Shown here: piece after piece, positions 52,530 through 62,405 of the stretch
Position numbering within the stretch: position 1 is the first letter of the stretch
Layout: every line of letters begins with the position of its first letter
From: Methanothrix sp.
GTDB lineage: Archaea; Halobacteriota; Methanosarcinia; Methanotrichales; Methanotrichaceae
Direction: 5' to 3'
NCBI GenBank assembly: GCA_963682135.1
Contig: OY821645.1
Span: forward strand, 2,016,001 to 2,080,000
DNA: 64,000 nt
The notes under the pieces: model-generated
The model's input: only the letters and a program-made list of their open reading frames with translations
Told to the model about the DNA's origin: nothing
Database searches by the model: none
Program-made: the position numbers and the translations under genes

Positions 52530-52929
52530 TAGCCTCTAAATCCTAACGGCGAGGCTATGCCGTATATGCAACCTATAATCGTTCCATCTGTTTTCGACAT
52601 CAGCATGTTTTGGTTGGTGGTCCACTAAAATATTCGCCATCTAAAATTATGCAAATTATAAAAAGCATACTCGCGAGGGAAATTTTTAAACGATATCCTG
52701 AAATCAAGAAGCAGCTTTGGGGTGGACATTTTTGGAGCGAAGGTGGGTATGTTGGCACGGTTGGTGATGATGTAACATCGGAAATTGTTCGAGAGTATAT
52801 CAATAAGCAAGGAATCAAAAATGAACTGGAAAGCCATGCTCAATTAAAGCTTATCGATTTCAGCTAAACCAGCGGCGGCGCCTTGCATGCCCCGATGCTT
52901 GCTGCGCGAGTGCGCCGCCGCCGTTTGAC
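52530..52929 (+). mobile_element. tnpA: Internally deleted IS200-family tnpA element
   Basis: KYSPS..IKS..AREIF, LWGGHFWSEGGYVGTVG, YI..Q; left hairpin TAGCCTC/GAGGCTA; right hairpin GCGGCGGCGC/GCGCCGCCGC. Confidence 0.85.
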
Positions 52930-53078
52930 TATAAGGCCCTCATCTCGGGCTCAAATCTTTCGATGGCGCGCGGCGAATTGTGGGTTAGCTATTTGCTTTC
53001 GCTGATGCGGACAAATCGCCATCATTGAATTGTAAAATTGATTTTACCAAGATTATTTGGGCGAGCAGTTAGTTAAAA

Positions 53079-53582
53079 TTAGGAACAACCTCCGCCACAT
53101 CCTCCCCCGCCCGACGTCGAGGTTGTGGTCCCCCTCGATCCGGAGATGGGATACATGATGTTCGTGTACCCGGCCAGGTTCCTATTGACACGATCTCTGG
53201 AATAACCGGATAGATCCAGAACCTTTTTGCCAGTAGAATCTGATGCAAGAGATGGATTAGTTGGATCTAACGGATCATTTTCCGATCCAGCCGGGGAAAG
53301 CACGGCATTGGCGTTGGTGGCATTGAGACCTTCCGTTGAAGTCGTATTTATCGAGGTGCTATTCGACGAAGAGTTGCTCATTGAGGTGTTGTTCATTATC
53401 GCCTGAGCAGGAGATCCGCCCAGAGCTTGCACCTCTTTTCCACTGGAGACAGATGATGCTGCAAGATTAAGATCCCCCATGTACACCATTGCTCCGCCCG
53501 GAGACCACTGGGCAGAGGCATTGAAGGCCAGGGCGAAGAACGTGATGAGCAAGACTAAAGCCATATTATTAGCATTTAGCAT
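53079..53582 (-). CDS. Secreted S/T/N-rich protein ending GGGGCGGGCS
   Basis: Signal peptide, RBS GGGAGG. Confidence 0.72.
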   Translation of the reverse strand: MLNANNMALVLLITFFALAFNASAQWSPGGAMVYMGDLNLAASSVSSGKEVQALGGSPAQAIMNNTSMSNSSSNSTSINTTSTEGLNATNANAVLSPAGSENDPLDPTNPSLASDSTGKKVLDLSGYSRDRVNRNLAGYTNIMYPISGSRGTTTSTSGGGGCGGGCS

Positions 53583-53645
53583 AAGTATCGATTCCTCCCT
53601 ATAGAAATCAACTATGTTTCGAAAAAGCGCTCTCAGAAAATAAGA

Positions 53646-53670
53646 TTATGTGCCCGCTCGGGGCACATAA
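53646..53670 (-). terminator. Hairpin after cdhE
   Basis: Perfect 10-bp stem TTATGTGCCC/GGGCACATAA followed on the minus strand by T-rich sequence. Confidence 0.6.
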
Positions 53671-53694
53671 CTTTGCATTCCTGGGTCAACTGAT

Positions 53695-55119
53695 TTACTT
53701 CTTGGGTGGCCAGTATTCCTTCATCCAGCCGATGATGCGTCCGGAGTCTTCTGGGCCGACCATAATCTTGGCCTTGCCTGCGAAGAGGTCTTCCAGCTCA
53801 CCGGAGAACTTGGCAGCCATTCCGGGCAGAACCATTGCCGGGAACTTCTGACCTGCCCAGTTGAAGGCAGCCTCGTTGAAGGAATCCAGGATCTTGGTCG
53901 GGCTCAACTGACCGCCGGCCACAGACGCCTGTACGCCAATTCCATCGGTATTGATGGCGATGATGTAGGCATCGATGCCGTTGGAGGCGATATCCGACTC
54001 TACTGTGTAGTAGGTCAGGGCGAAGTTCGTGGTCAGGAAGACCGGAGACTCAGCGCCTGGATTACCGACCTTGTAGATGCCGGGCTTGACCTGCACGGGT
54101 GTCCTTGGATCGGTGTAGATGTTGAAGCGCAGATGCATATCGGGCATCATGCTGTGAGCCTCAAGCGAGTGCTTGATCATGATGGCTCCGCCGCGAATGA
54201 CGAAGGCAGCAGTAAGCACGGACTCCCAGTAAGAAGCACGAACTGGATCGTCGGTAGTCAGCCAGGCGTTGATGGGCAGCACCATGACTGGATAGGCGAT
54301 ATCCCTCTGGGCTTCTTCAACAGCCGCTCTTCTCAGGTTGATGAAGTTGAGCAATGTCTGTTGCAGCAATTTGCCGTTTGGTGCGGTGCCGGGGTCCAAG
54401 ACGAGATCGTTAAGGCCCATTTCGGCAAAGGTGACGGCCATGGACTTCAGGCCATCCAGATCGAAGGGCACGGACAGCGTTACGGGCACCTTATAGTCAA
54501 AGGCGAGCTGAGCGACTTCCTTCCAGTTGTCCTTGTTGGCGGCGTAAATGAGTGGATTCACCTTGGCGGCGACCTCAAGTCCGGCCTTGAGAACGGCGGG
54601 ATTGAAGGAGCAGAGGATTAGCGGAAAGTCCGAATTGGCCATGACTGTCTTGACACAGGCTGCGAACTTGGCCGGGTCGTCGGTCACGGAACGGACGGCA
54701 ATCATCTCTACACCCTGCCACTTGCCGATGTAGAACTTGCGCCAGGTAGAGATCTTCTTGACACGTTCTACCAGCTTGGCCTCTTCCATGTTATCGGCAA
54801 CATCGTAGGCAAATGGCGGCTTGTTGAAGAAGGTCATCTGGTGGCGGAACATGACGTCCTCGCCGCCAACCTTGACCTGCTTTTCGCCAACGCCAACGTA
54901 TACCATTCTGAGCTCGGGAGCGACGATGCTCTTCAGAGCCACAAGCTTCTTGGCGTACTTCTTCTCATCTACCAGTGGAGTGCACTCCTCTACCTTGCGG
55001 GTCCTGGCAATCAGGCCGGCGGCAAAGGCCATGCAGGTCTCCTCTTTGCACTTCTTACAGTTAGTCTGTGGAAGCTGCTTGTAAAGGTTAAGCGGGCTAG
55101 TTTCCTTCATTTTACTCAC
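53695..55119 (-). CDS. cdhE: ACDS gamma subunit (corrinoid FeS protein large subunit)
   Basis: [33 protein letters not shown]. Confidence 0.96.
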   Translation of the reverse strand: MSKMKETSPLNLYKQLPQTNCKKCKEETCMAFAAGLIARTRKVEECTPLVDEKKYAKKLVALKSIVAPELRMVYVGVGEKQVKVGGEDVMFRHQMTFFNKPPFAYDVADNMEEAKLVERVKKISTWRKFYIGKWQGVEMIAVRSVTDDPAKFAACVKTVMANSDFPLILCSFNPAVLKAGLEVAAKVNPLIYAANKDNWKEVAQLAFDYKVPVTLSVPFDLDGLKSMAVTFAEMGLNDLVLDPGTAPNGKLLQQTLLNFINLRRAAVEEAQRDIAYPVMVLPINAWLTTDDPVRASYWESVLTAAFVIRGGAIMIKHSLEAHSMMPDMHLRFNIYTDPRTPVQVKPGIYKVGNPGAESPVFLTTNFALTYYTVESDIASNGIDAYIIAINTDGIGVQASVAGGQLSPTKILDSFNEAAFNWAGQKFPAMVLPGMAAKFSGELEDLFAGKAKIMVGPEDSGRIIGWMKEYWPPKK

Positions 55120-56468
55120 ACCCCCATCTTGAGCCAGGCAGCAGTATCAGGCGTCTTGGCCTCAATTCTTCCCATCAGGGACTGAGTGATCTCATGCACA
55201 TAGGCAACCGCAGTCGGGTGCATCATCATGAAGATGTCCACACCGGCCATGGCCAGAGAGTATCCGGTCAGAATCTCCCAGATTGGGCCTCTCAGCATGC
55301 GGTCTCCCCAGTCGGAGTCGTCCTTGTTGGGTGAGCGGACCATCCAGGACTCTCTGACACCCCAGGCGTTGGTGGTGCCGGAGGACATGGGGAAAGTAAG
55401 CTCGTCATCGCCCTTCAGAGCGCCGAGACGAATTCTCTCCATGTTGGAGTAGGCGAAGTCCAGGCCGTAAGCGAGCGCTGCTGTGGTTGGGTCCATAACG
55501 ATGGACTCGCGGGGAACGCCGGCGACCTTCATGAGCTTCCTGTTCAGTTCCTTCTGAGAGTTGATCTCGAGCTGAGTCCAGGCCAGGCACACATGTCCGT
55601 TGTCGACACAAGCCTTGCCGATCTTCTCCCAATCCATATTCAGGTTGGCAGAGGCGATAAGAACGCGCTCGCCCTGGGCTACTTCTGCTGCCTTGGAGAG
55701 CACAATTGGGTCCTTATTGGGGTTGCCGGATCCGCCGATACAGATTGGCACATCCACAGCCTGCAATACCTCTTCAACGGTCTTGACTGCATCTTGAGCA
55801 GAGGTGTCCTTGAGGAGCGGATCAGTGCTGATCAGGTGAACGGTGACCATGTCGGCGCCGAACTTCTTGACAGCCTTCTTGGCCCACTCACCGGGAGAGT
55901 TGATGACATCCTCATAATGCATTTTGACGGCCTTGGCCATGCCGATGGGCATGTCGAAGACGTCCATGGTGATCTTGGGTGCATGAGGCATGGCTGCATC
56001 CGGGAAGAAAGGCATAGCCTTCTCGCCGCCCAGCTTGACCACATGACCGCGGCTTCCACCGTCTGCTTTGGTGGCGCCCAGTGTGACCTCTTGGATGGGG
56101 TTCCGCCAGGACTTGTCCACTCCGACGGCAAACTTGGCGCTGGCCAAGGCAGATGCTACCTTGAATGCCGGGACTGCCGCTGCCGCTGCTGCCAGATCCT
56201 TAGGAGCAGGAGAAATAGCCTGAGCTACTGCTACCGGCTGGAGCAGATTCTCTACGGGATAGCCTACAGCCTTGGCGAAGTTCATAAGCTGCATGGCAAT
56301 CTTGGCTGCCTCTTGCCCGAAATAGTATGCAAAGAGGGGGCCTACGCCGCCTGCACCTGCATCTATCTCTATCTCTACATCACCCTCGATCTTTAATCCC
56401 TCGAGGGATTGAACATTCATTTCCGCTAATGTCTTATTAAGGTCAGATAAAGAGATCTTCTCTGCCAT
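55116..56468 (-). CDS. cdhD: ACDS delta subunit (corrinoid FeS protein small subunit)
   Basis: GGSGNP.KD, MDPTT, MERIRL.AL.GD, NAWG.RE.W, MMMHP. Confidence 0.96.
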   Translation of the reverse strand: MAEKISLSDLNKTLAEMNVQSLEGLKIEGDVEIEIDAGAGGVGPLFAYYFGQEAAKIAMQLMNFAKAVGYPVENLLQPVAVAQAISPAPKDLAAAAAAVPAFKVASALASAKFAVGVDKSWRNPIQEVTLGATKADGGSRGHVVKLGGEKAMPFFPDAAMPHAPKITMDVFDMPIGMAKAVKMHYEDVINSPGEWAKKAVKKFGADMVTVHLISTDPLLKDTSAQDAVKTVEEVLQAVDVPICIGGSGNPNKDPIVLSKAAEVAQGERVLIASANLNMDWEKIGKACVDNGHVCLAWTQLEINSQKELNRKLMKVAGVPRESIVMDPTTAALAYGLDFAYSNMERIRLGALKGDDELTFPMSSGTTNAWGVRESWMVRSPNKDDSDWGDRMLRGPIWEILTGYSLAMAGVDIFMMMHPTAVAYVHEITQSLMGRIEAKTPDTAAWLKMGV

Positions 56469-56479
56469 TCAAATCACCC

Positions 56480-57241
56480 TCACAGGCCCAATTTCCCGAC
56501 GACCTGAGTTATTTCTTGCACTGCAGGTGATTCATCGGGAAGGCCTACTATTGGATCTCCCACTAAATCGATTTTGGCTAAGTTTTCATCATAGGGAATA
56601 GTGCCGATAACCGAGAGACCGATGCCTTTAGCATTCTCCAGAACCCTATCCTTGCTTCCCGCTGTGACCTTGTTGACGATCACATAGAGATTTTGATACT
56701 TCAGCTCGATCTCGCGAGCAGTGTCACGTATGCGCTCGCCTGTGGTAAGCCCTCTTCTGGACTCATCCGTCACCACGATAAGATCGTCAAGGTCGGGAAT
56801 GGTCTTCCTGCTGAAATGCTCCAGGCCCGCCGGCGTGTCAATGATGATTAGATCGTAGCTGGCCGTGGTCTTATCCATAACGGCGCGCAAAAGATTGTTG
56901 ACAAAACAGTAACACCCAGATCCTTCCGGCTTGCCCATGACAAGAAGATCATAGCCTTCCTCCTCCAAGAGAATCTCGAAGAGTTTGGCCTCAAGAAGCG
57001 CTTGCTTGTCAGTATCCGGTGAAGCTGTGAACCGGGACTGCTGCACGAACTCCCTCATGTCGCCAATGGTCTTTCCGACCTTTGCGCCCAGCGCATCTGC
57101 CAGATTGGCATCAGGATCCGCATCAATTGCAAGTATTCGGTACTTTTTTTCAGAGTTCTTTACAAGGTGTCTGATAAGCATCGCGGTCACAGCTGTCTTG
57201 CCGGTGCCGCCCTTGCCGGTTACCGCTATTACTTTCCCCAA
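56480..57241 (-). CDS. cooC: CooC/AcsF nickel-insertion ATPase
   Basis: GKGGTGKT, IDADP, GCYC, DTPAGLEH. Confidence 0.93.
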   Translation of the reverse strand: MGKVIAVTGKGGTGKTAVTAMLIRHLVKNSEKKYRILAIDADPDANLADALGAKVGKTIGDMREFVQQSRFTASPDTDKQALLEAKLFEILLEEEGYDLLVMGKPEGSGCYCFVNNLLRAVMDKTTASYDLIIIDTPAGLEHFSRKTIPDLDDLIVVTDESRRGLTTGERIRDTAREIELKYQNLYVIVNKVTAGSKDRVLENAKGIGLSVIGTIPYDENLAKIDLVGDPIVGLPDESPAVQEITQVVGKLGL

Positions 57242-57254
57242 GGTCTAGCCTTCC

Positions 57255-57431
57255 TTATTTTTTCGGTTTTATGACAACTTCCGCTACATGGATGGATGCG
57301 CCTCTTAGCTCAATGGTCATTCCACCCGATGATGCTGCTGGCATAGCGAAAGCCGGAGCTGCTGCGCCTGCTGCTGCCGCAGGTGCGGCTGCGGCTGGAG
57401 CTGCTTCTTTCTTTTTAAGCTTAAGCTGCAT
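57255..57431 (-). CDS. 58-aa ACDS-beta-tail-like protein 2 (absent from ORF track)
   Basis: MQLKLKKKEAAPAAAAPAAAAGAAAPAFAMPAASSGGMTIELRGASIHVAEVVIKPKK; RBS GAGGGAG. Confidence 0.85.
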   Translation of the reverse strand: MQLKLKKKEAAPAAAAPAAAAGAAAPAFAMPAASSGGMTIELRGASIHVAEVVIKPKK

Positions 57432-57515
57432 AATATCTCCCTCACTTTGAACTAAAACGATAGGACTCGCTTGGTAAAATCCGCCCGGCTCCCCAAAAAA
57501 GGGGATAGGCAGACT

Positions 57516-57689
57516 CTACTTAGCGAGTACTACCTTGTCTATGCTGATCTTGGCATCCTTCAGTATCAGCTTAATGCCGCCGGCGCTGCCGGACATGGAG
57601 AAAGCTGGTGCTGCTGCCCCTGCGGCTGCAGGCGCGGCTGCTGGAGCCGCGGCTGGGGCCGCTTCCTTCTTCTTGAGTTTTAACTGCAT
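57516..57689 (-). CDS. 57-aa ACDS-beta-tail-like protein 1
   Basis: MQLKLKKKEAAP...GGIKLILKDAKISIDKVVLAK; RBS GAGGGTGA. Confidence 0.85.
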   Translation of the reverse strand: MQLKLKKKEAAPAAAPAAAPAAAGAAAPAFSMSGSAGGIKLILKDAKISIDKVVLAK

Positions 57690-57731
57690 AGATTTCACCC
57701 TCTTTTATTCTTTCTAACTCTGAAATTCACT

Positions 57732-59138
57732 TCACTCAAGTACGCCGTCTTCCTGCAGAGCCTCGACGACCTGCATGAACTGGCCCTCGGTCAAGGCAAG
57801 CTCGGACTTAACGGTATCGATGTTGATGTCTCCGCCGGTCTTCTCGATATAGGCCATGACCTTCTCTTTGATCTCGTCGGAAATATCCTCGAGCTTCCAG
57901 CCCTCGGTGATCTTCTTGCCATCGACCTTTCTGGCGACACCATCGACAACGGGGTGGTTGACCTTGAGCAAGAAGGCCTTAAGAGCAGTAATATCCTTGG
58001 CATCGTCTTCAGTGGCGATCTTGGCCATCATGTCCTCATCGATGCCTGCCTTTACTCTCTCCTTGAGACCCTTGGACATCCAGACGATCCTTCTCCAGCC
58101 GCCGTCGGCCTGGAGGAACTTGGGTGAGAAGTAGTAGAGAATACCCATTCCCAGGAATCCTACAACCTGCTTGCCGCCGCCGGTCTGACCTGCCATGGTA
58201 GAGAAGGGCAGTCCGTTGGGGGTTGCGCCCCTGAAGTCACGGTCGGCTAGACCAATGCCGTCAACCTCGGGCATGTAGAAGCCGATGGTCTCGAAGCAGC
58301 CACAAGAGGTGTGGGGTGCATCGAAGAACGTGTAGAGGAGCATCCTGCTGTACTCGCCGCCGGAACGCTTCGCAGCCATCTCGTTGATGGCTTCATACTC
58401 GCCGGCAACGGCGTCAACTGCGGTTCCCTTGGGTATGGGGAACTGGGGGCCCTCTGGGTCCACCTTGGCAGCTGCGCGTCCATCGAACCAGGTGATAGCT
58501 CCGCACAGGGATGGCCTGTCCGGGGTAACCACGCAGGCGCTGGTGGGAGCGAATGCCTGGCACAGTGTGCAGCCGTAGAAGACATCGACGTCCTCATCGT
58601 GCAGTCCCTTGGCGCGCTCATCACGTGTCTTGTAGACTGCCATGGCGTTGGCCAGCTCTTCCTTTACCTTGGCTGGATCGGTGACGATGGTGATCTCCAT
58701 CTTCTCGATGAAGGGCATCTCGGCCTTGTACAGCTCGATGACGGGGGTAAAGATCTCCTTCCAGGATGTTACACCCTTCTTCTTGAGGCTCTTGCCGATT
58801 CTCATCCAGATATCATATCTCTGGTTGAGGTGCATGAGGCCGCTGATGTAGGACAGCAGGGCATGGTTGCGCCTCTCGATGATGGACTCCAGGTCCTTCT
58901 CAATCTTCTCGCCGCCAACCTTGAAGATCATGCCGAAGGCCATGGTTGTGCCTTCTTTCATCTCTCCAAGATCCGGACCGATAACAGTTACCTTTCCATC
59001 GGTGATCTGGTCCATAGGTGTGGCCAGGGACAGCTCGAATCCGTCTGCCTTGGGGCCGCCCAGCTCTACCCATAGATCGTCTTTTCTAATTCTTTCGCCC
59101 TCAAACATAGGGGATATATCCAACTTTATGTCTGCCAT
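57732..59138 (-). CDS. cdhC: ACDS beta subunit (acetyl-CoA synthase)
   Basis: FYGCTLCQ, RPSLCGA, PHTSCGCFE, GGWRRIVW, NHPVV. Confidence 0.96.
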   Translation of the reverse strand: MADIKLDISPMFEGERIRKDDLWVELGGPKADGFELSLATPMDQITDGKVTVIGPDLGEMKEGTTMAFGMIFKVGGEKIEKDLESIIERRNHALLSYISGLMHLNQRYDIWMRIGKSLKKKGVTSWKEIFTPVIELYKAEMPFIEKMEITIVTDPAKVKEELANAMAVYKTRDERAKGLHDEDVDVFYGCTLCQAFAPTSACVVTPDRPSLCGAITWFDGRAAAKVDPEGPQFPIPKGTAVDAVAGEYEAINEMAAKRSGGEYSRMLLYTFFDAPHTSCGCFETIGFYMPEVDGIGLADRDFRGATPNGLPFSTMAGQTGGGKQVVGFLGMGILYYFSPKFLQADGGWRRIVWMSKGLKERVKAGIDEDMMAKIATEDDAKDITALKAFLLKVNHPVVDGVARKVDGKKITEGWKLEDISDEIKEKVMAYIEKTGGDINIDTVKSELALTEGQFMQVVEALQEDGVLE

Positions 59139-59170
59139 TAATACACCTCTTCTGTTAAATGAGATGAACT

Positions 59171-59734
59171 TTATTTCTTCATCGCTGCGATTACTTCATC
59201 CACCGCGGCGTGATAGTCGTCTGGGTTGAAGGCCATGTTGCCAAAGGTCATATTCGCATTGACGTGATAGTAGCGGTCAATGGATATGCGCTTGATGTCC
59301 CTGTTGAAGTTCTTGAGAGTTGCGAACATGGCGTTGGCGAATTTGTAGAAGATGCCCATAAAGATAACGGCATCATACTGGCCCTGGCCATCCAAGCCCT
59401 TCCAGTCAGGGAAGCGCAGGAAATTGGTCAAGGGATGCAGGCCGATCTGATAGACGTTCTCCAGGTAGCCTCTGTCCACAAAGCCCTTCACGGAATGTGC
59501 CGTGGCGGCAATGGGTATGCCCATCTTGCCCATCTCGATCATCTTATCGAACATGATGGGGTCGTCAAAGAGCTCTGCTCCAACCACGAGCAATGGTCTC
59601 TTGGACTTCTTGATAATAGCGCCGAGAACCTTCGGCATGTAGGTCTTGGCCATCTCCGGCCCAGGAATCTGGGCCATCTCAAAGGGAACGGCGTTCTTGG
59701 TGGTGTCAATGCCCTTCTTAACTTCTGCTGCCAT
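59171..59734 (-). CDS. cdhB: ACDS epsilon subunit
   Basis: KRPLLVVG, W.GLDGQG.YD, YHVNANMTF. Confidence 0.93.
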   Translation of the reverse strand: MAAEVKKGIDTTKNAVPFEMAQIPGPEMAKTYMPKVLGAIIKKSKRPLLVVGAELFDDPIMFDKMIEMGKMGIPIAATAHSVKGFVDRGYLENVYQIGLHPLTNFLRFPDWKGLDGQGQYDAVIFMGIFYKFANAMFATLKNFNRDIKRISIDRYYHVNANMTFGNMAFNPDDYHAAVDEVIAAMKK

Positions 59735-59754
59735 TTTTATCTCCTCCTTTGCCC

Positions 59755-62172
59755 TCACTTCTTGGTCCTGATCTTTCTCGGCAGGTTGGTCGGATCGAAG
59801 CTTACATCAGCAGGCCGCAGCGGTCCGGAAAGGATCTTCTTGGCCTTCCAATCGATCGTCCAGCCAAACTTCGACTCGAGAGTCTTCATCATGTTCTCCT
59901 TGTATGCCAAGGGCAGATCCTTGACATCTCGAACGAAAATGTGCCAGTCGTCGGGCAATTTGCCGAAGTACTTCATGGAGATATCGCAGTAGTGGGTCAG
60001 CTTGATCGATCTGCCGATACTGTTATCGGAAGGTCTGAAGCAGAGCTTGGCCATCTCCAGCATGGCTTCTTCCTTGGTCTCAGCGATATACAGCATGGCC
60101 TCAGGTGCGGGCTCAATCTGCTGCATCTTGCCGTCGCGAGCATCGATGACCATCCAGTCCTCAGGCTTGTCCGTCCTGCCTATGAAGGAGCGGCGGTACA
60201 TGACGGAGTGTGGCTGAACTACCACAGGTATTCCCAGCCTGTTGCAGCCGGTTGCAATGGCGGCTGCCTTCTGAGAGTATGCACCCCAGGCGACACCGCA
60301 GGCGCCTACCTTGTTCAGGATGTAGTCGGCGATATCATCGAAATTGCCTCGGTGATTTCTGTGAGCGAAGATAGTGGCCACCTTGATGGCAGCATCGCCG
60401 ATATTGGCGTTGGAGACGCATGAGCCGGTGTTGCAGATGTTCCTGCCGTCAAAGCCGCCGGGATACTGCTCCCAGATGGTCTTGCCATCGGCATCGGTGT
60501 AAAGGGACATATCCATGGCCATGCATCCAGAGGTTACGACTATGTAGCCGCGGTCCACGAACTCCTTGGCCATATCGTAGGCTTCCTTGGTGCCGTTAGG
60601 ATAGTTGCTGCATCCGACAAGAGCAATGACTCCGGGAATGCTTCCCATGACAATGGGCATGCCCACAGCCCTGATCTCAGTGTCGCGCGCGGGGCCGCGT
60701 CCGGATCTCATCTTGAACTTCTGATCCTTGACAGCCTGGCGGTTAGCATACTCGAACAAATCGAGAATGTTTATGCCCTGTGGACAAACCTGCTCGCATC
60801 TGCCGCAGCCAACGCAAACCTCGTATGTGTTGGAGAAGGTGCTCAAGTCGCCCTTGACTGCATCGCCGATAAGCTTGCTGATTCGGATATGAGGCGGGCA
60901 GACGAAGGCGCATTCGTTACAGGTGGTGCACTTTTTGATGCCTTCCTGGAAGGCAGCCTCTGTGATCAGGCTCTGCGTCCTTGCCTCGGCACGCTTTGGC
61001 TTGACAGCAATAGCGGTCTTGATGCCCACAATTCCTGCCTTGGCTGGATCGAGAATAGCTACGCCTGGTACCTTGAAGTTCACCAGATCATCAACAATCT
61101 CATCTATGGGATCATTGGTCCTGTCCTTCAAGCCCAGCATGATCTTATCTGTAGTGGCAATGACCGGTATCTTGCGCTTTTCGGAATCCGCCAGCACATC
61201 ACACCAGACGCACTGCTCATCCACCATCACGCAGTCCATGACTCCGGCCCGGACCATCTTTCTCCACCAGCCAATCGCGCCAGCCACCTTGGGCTTGGTA
61301 CCTATGCCAGCAGGAACCTTGGCTTCGCCCTTGCCCAGGCCGATTCTGTTCAGGTCGTGGGCTGTGCAGCAAACGCCACCGATATCCACTTTATCCCAGA
61401 GGTTATTCTCTTCTGCGTAGACCATGGCCTCGGCACCAGCTGCCAGGTTATGGCCGTAGGCTATGAGAACACCCTTGTTCTGGTCCATAGTGCCCATGCC
61501 GATCTCGATGATTGGGGCATCAGCCGCACCACGGGGCATGTTGTAGGCCACGATCTGCAGCATATCGCAGATTTCCATGCCCAGCAAATCCAGCATGCCG
61601 GCGTGCAGAGCTTTGGACTCGAAGTCTATGTAGGCGCCCTCTTGGCCGGTATGGGTGGCAGCCAGAAGCTGTACGACCCCTTCCTCCAGGTAATAGAGCC
61701 CCTCATTGAAGTCTTTGAAGGATCTGGGCTTAGTGCCCATGATAGTCTGGTACAGGGGAGAGTCTACCAGAATCTCGTCGCCCATGTCGAACTTCATGTC
61801 GCCGAACTTATCCATGCACCAGTGGTAAAGGTGCCTGCCGTGGGCGGAGTGGGCACAGGTACCCATTAAACATGCAATCAAAACGATTTTGCCGCAGGCA
61901 CCGGCCTGATCAATGCCACAGGCACCGCGCTTGTTTCCGGTCAGGTCGCACGGACCGTAGGTACACAGCGAGCAGGTATCGTCTGCCGGTGCGTACATAA
62001 TCTTGTACCTGTTGGCGATGATGTGATCCCAGGTTCTGAGCGTTGCCACGCCTGGCTTGGGATGTGGACCCATCTCCTGGTCCCACTCCTCGGCCTCCTT
62101 AACGACAGCTCCGATGTTGATCTGGACGTTCTTCATGTCCTCAACCGAAAAGCTGCCCTCTTTTGTTGCCAT
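59755..62172 (-). CDS. cdhA: ACDS alpha subunit (CO dehydrogenase)
   Basis: CSLCTYGPC, GVCCTAHD, two ferredoxin CxxCxxC motifs, GSCVSN, WGAYSQKA; start MATKEG with RBS GAGGAGG. Confidence 0.97.
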   Translation of the reverse strand: MATKEGSFSVEDMKNVQINIGAVVKEAEEWDQEMGPHPKPGVATLRTWDHIIANRYKIMYAPADDTCSLCTYGPCDLTGNKRGACGIDQAGACGKIVLIACLMGTCAHSAHGRHLYHWCMDKFGDMKFDMGDEILVDSPLYQTIMGTKPRSFKDFNEGLYYLEEGVVQLLAATHTGQEGAYIDFESKALHAGMLDLLGMEICDMLQIVAYNMPRGAADAPIIEIGMGTMDQNKGVLIAYGHNLAAGAEAMVYAEENNLWDKVDIGGVCCTAHDLNRIGLGKGEAKVPAGIGTKPKVAGAIGWWRKMVRAGVMDCVMVDEQCVWCDVLADSEKRKIPVIATTDKIMLGLKDRTNDPIDEIVDDLVNFKVPGVAILDPAKAGIVGIKTAIAVKPKRAEARTQSLITEAAFQEGIKKCTTCNECAFVCPPHIRISKLIGDAVKGDLSTFSNTYEVCVGCGRCEQVCPQGINILDLFEYANRQAVKDQKFKMRSGRGPARDTEIRAVGMPIVMGSIPGVIALVGCSNYPNGTKEAYDMAKEFVDRGYIVVTSGCMAMDMSLYTDADGKTIWEQYPGGFDGRNICNTGSCVSNANIGDAAIKVATIFAHRNHRGNFDDIADYILNKVGACGVAWGAYSQKAAAIATGCNRLGIPVVVQPHSVMYRRSFIGRTDKPEDWMVIDARDGKMQQIEPAPEAMLYIAETKEEAMLEMAKLCFRPSDNSIGRSIKLTHYCDISMKYFGKLPDDWHIFVRDVKDLPLAYKENMMKTLESKFGWTIDWKAKKILSGPLRPADVSFDPTNLPRKIRTKK

Positions 62173-62405
62173 CGGAATCTTAGCCTCCTCTTCCTTTGAT
62201 ATACGGCGTTTGGGTTCGCATAGAGTAGATAAAACACTTTCGGATATCAAATAATATAAAATTTGCGAGATCCTGAAGAATTTCATAGTAGTGTTTTTAT
62301 AAATTAACCAACATAGCATAGCGATGCCATCCAATCACGATCGTTAATGGAAGATTTTCCGTCCACAAGATTGAAATGCCATCAAAAATGAAGGCAAGGA
62401 AATCC

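Noticed and set aside
57255-57732. Frameshift or readthrough joining cdhC to the tail ORFs
   Set aside because: Each ORF has its own RBS and ATG, and the identical N-terminal peptide is conserved in both; independent genes fit better
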